Shown one piece after another: positions 62,215 to 64,000 of a DNA stretch of 64,000 bases. Under the pieces are notes generated by a model. It had not been told where the DNA came from. It saw nothing but the letters and a program-made list of their open reading frames with translations, and ran no database searches. The stretch's first letter is position 1; every line of letters begins with the position of its first letter. A program made the translations under genes and the position numbers. The stretch comes from Phycisphaeraceae bacterium (GTDB lineage Bacteria; Planctomycetota; Phycisphaerae; Phycisphaerales; Phycisphaeraceae), in the NCBI GenBank assembly GCA_963674705.1, contig OY771506.1, forward strand, positions 5,440,001-5,504,000. The letters are read 5' to 3'.

Positions 62215-63675
62215 ATGACAGCCAACGATGCCAACACACGTGGCGCGATCGCGCACATCCAATCCTCTGATAAAAACAAACAACTGGAAGGCACATTCCC
62301 TCGAGCGATCAACGTCACGTTCGTCGGCGCCGGTTCCATGTTCTGCCCGATCCTGGCACGCGATATATTTCTGACACCCGGCGCTGAATCCGGCGAGATC
62401 CGGCTGATCGATGTCGACGCAAAACGCCTGTCTACCGTCCACACGATTATCGAACAATTGCTCGAACCAACCGGCCGGGCCGGGAAGTGGACCGTCAAGT
62501 CATCGACTAACCGTGAAGAACTCTTGCCCGGCTCCGACTACGTCATCTGCAGCGTCGAGGTCTCGGGCCTGCAATGTGTCGGCTGGGACAACGACATCCC
62601 GCTCAAGTATGGCATCGACCAATGCATCGGCGACACGATCGGCCCGGGTGGTTTATTCAAAGGCCTGCGAACTATTCCCGTGTTCCTCGACATTCTTCGA
62701 GACATGCAGCGGCTCTGCCCCAAGGCGTTGATGCTCAACTACACGAACCCGATGAACATGATGTGCCTCGCTGCGGGCCGGGCCGTGCCGGATGTCTCGG
62801 TGATCGGGCTCTGCCACTCCGTGCAAGGCTCAAGCAAACAGATGGCGGACCGCGTCGGCATCGACATCAAGGACATCGACTGGGAATGTGCCGGCATCAA
62901 CCACCTGGCATGGTTTACGAAGTTTGAACATCAAGGCAAAGACCTCTACCCGCGTCTCATGGCTCAAGCTTACGCCGAAGTCTACGGAAACAAGGAAGAC
63001 TCCGACAACGCCAACGCAAATGACATCGGCAAAGACCTCGTCCGAAAGGACATGATGCTGCACTTCGGCGCATTCATCACCGAAAGCTCCGGACACCTGT
63101 CTGAATACCTGCCCTACTACCGCAAATCCGAAGCAGGCAAGCGCTACCTCGGAGACGGTTACTTCGGCGGGTCTCGTTTCTATGCCAGCAACTGGCCGAC
63201 CTGGCGCGCCGACAGTGAAAAAGTCCGCGAGAAGATGGTGCGTGGCGAGGATCAATTCGATTTGAATCGTTCGTGGGAACACGCCTCGTGGATTATCGAA
63301 GCACGTGAAAAGAACAACCCGATGATCGTGCACGGCAATGTGATGAACGTCGACACACGACGCGACGATAAACGCCCGTTGATCATCAACGTGCCGAATG
63401 ACGGCTGCGTCGAAGTCGCCTGCACAATCGATGAACGCGGATTCACCCCACAACACTACGGCAAACTGCCGCCACAGATGGCGCACACCTGCGCGAGCAA
63501 CATGGCCATGTTCGACCTCGCCGCCGAGGCGGTAATCCATCGCAGCAAAGAAGCCGCGATCCACGCCCTGCTGCTGGACCCACTGACCTCCGCGATACTC
63601 ACCCCGGCCGAGATCAAGCAGATGACACTCGAAATGTTCGAGGCGGAGAAGGATTACCTGCCGGAATACCGTTAA
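62215..63675 (+). CDS. Glycoside hydrolase family 4 (NAD-dependent alpha-galactosidase/alpha-glucosidase, MelA-like)
   Basis: VGAGS.F, DIPLKYG, GDT.GPGG, NYTNP, GLCHS, GINH, TESSGH.SEY.PY. Confidence 0.93.
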   Translation: MTANDANTRGAIAHIQSSDKNKQLEGTFPRAINVTFVGAGSMFCPILARDIFLTPGAESGEIRLIDVDAKRLSTVHTIIEQLLEPTGRAGKWTVKSSTNREELLPGSDYVICSVEVSGLQCVGWDNDIPLKYGIDQCIGDTIGPGGLFKGLRTIPVFLDILRDMQRLCPKALMLNYTNPMNMMCLAAGRAVPDVSVIGLCHSVQGSSKQMADRVGIDIKDIDWECAGINHLAWFTKFEHQGKDLYPRLMAQAYAEVYGNKEDSDNANANDIGKDLVRKDMMLHFGAFITESSGHLSEYLPYYRKSEAGKRYLGDGYFGGSRFYASNWPTWRADSEKVREKMVRGEDQFDLNRSWEHASWIIEAREKNNPMIVHGNVMNVDTRRDDKRPLIINVPNDGCVEVACTIDERGFTPQHYGKLPPQMAHTCASNMAMFDLAAEAVIHRSKEAAIHALLLDPLTSAILTPAEIKQMTLEMFEAEKDYLPEYR

Positions 63676-63749
63676 CCGCGGCAACCATCTTCAATCGAAT
63701 CCCAAAGCCGATTACGGCTTAGCGCTATCATTGTCTTAACAGTCAATTG

Positions 63750-64000
63750 TTATCCCGCGCACCGACACCCCGACGCCGCACCACAACCCATCATCACCCG
63801 CACCTTGCCTCGGATCGTTTGCTCTGCACCCTTCACGCTCAACACATCACACTCTGTCCCGAGGATGTAAGGCCTACCAACCTCAGCCATCTTTGCGACC
63901 AGTTCCGACGACATCGCCGCAACCTGCTCAGGTGACACCGCATCGTCACTGTAGAAACGCTTGGAAGGGAGGTTGCCATACATGACGATGTCGTCGGGCA
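63750..64000 (-). CDS. C-terminal part of a second URO-D-fold protein (runs in from beyond the window end)
   Basis: ...PDDIVMYGNLP...EQV...ILGTECDV matches the URO-D family C-terminal GN.P / ILG..C pattern. Confidence 0.65.
   Translation of the reverse strand, partial: PDDIVMYGNLPSKRFYSDDAVSPEQVAAMSSELVAKMAEVGRPYILGTECDVLSVKGAEQTIRGKVRVMMGCGAASGCRCAG

Overview
GC-rich bacterial DNA, most likely a planctomycete of the Phycisphaerae type. This is inferred from PEP-CTERM proteins with dockerin-like repeats, a DUF1559-type prepilin/H-X9-DG protein, a giant PQQ-propeller protein and a CPxCGY zinc-ribbon membrane protein. The first ~30.5 kb is mostly housekeeping: the end of a surface-polysaccharide operon, glyA, asd, clpC, glnS, gltX, PfkB kinases, an EVE protein and tRNA-Ser(UGA). 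Its intergenic spaces hold many different REP-like hairpin families and heptamer arrays, and it includes a divergent REP-associated tyrosine transposase (RAYT) flanked by its own palindromes. From just after tRNA-Ser to the window end lies a >33 kb carbohydrate-utilisation locus. It encodes two CUT1-type ABC importers with unusual fusions and inserted domains, plus GH38, GH39-like, GH3, GH4, GH172 and GxGYxYP hydrolases. It also encodes five PEP-CTERM surface proteins (four with dockerin-like repeats, two carrying clan GH-A catalytic domains), a GntR/LacI-type regulator with candidate operators, two URO-D-fold proteins, a PhyH dioxygenase, a PfkB kinase and a D-lyxose/mannose isomerase. No CRISPR array, rRNA or integrase was seen. 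All family calls come from motif recognition by eye, not from database searches.
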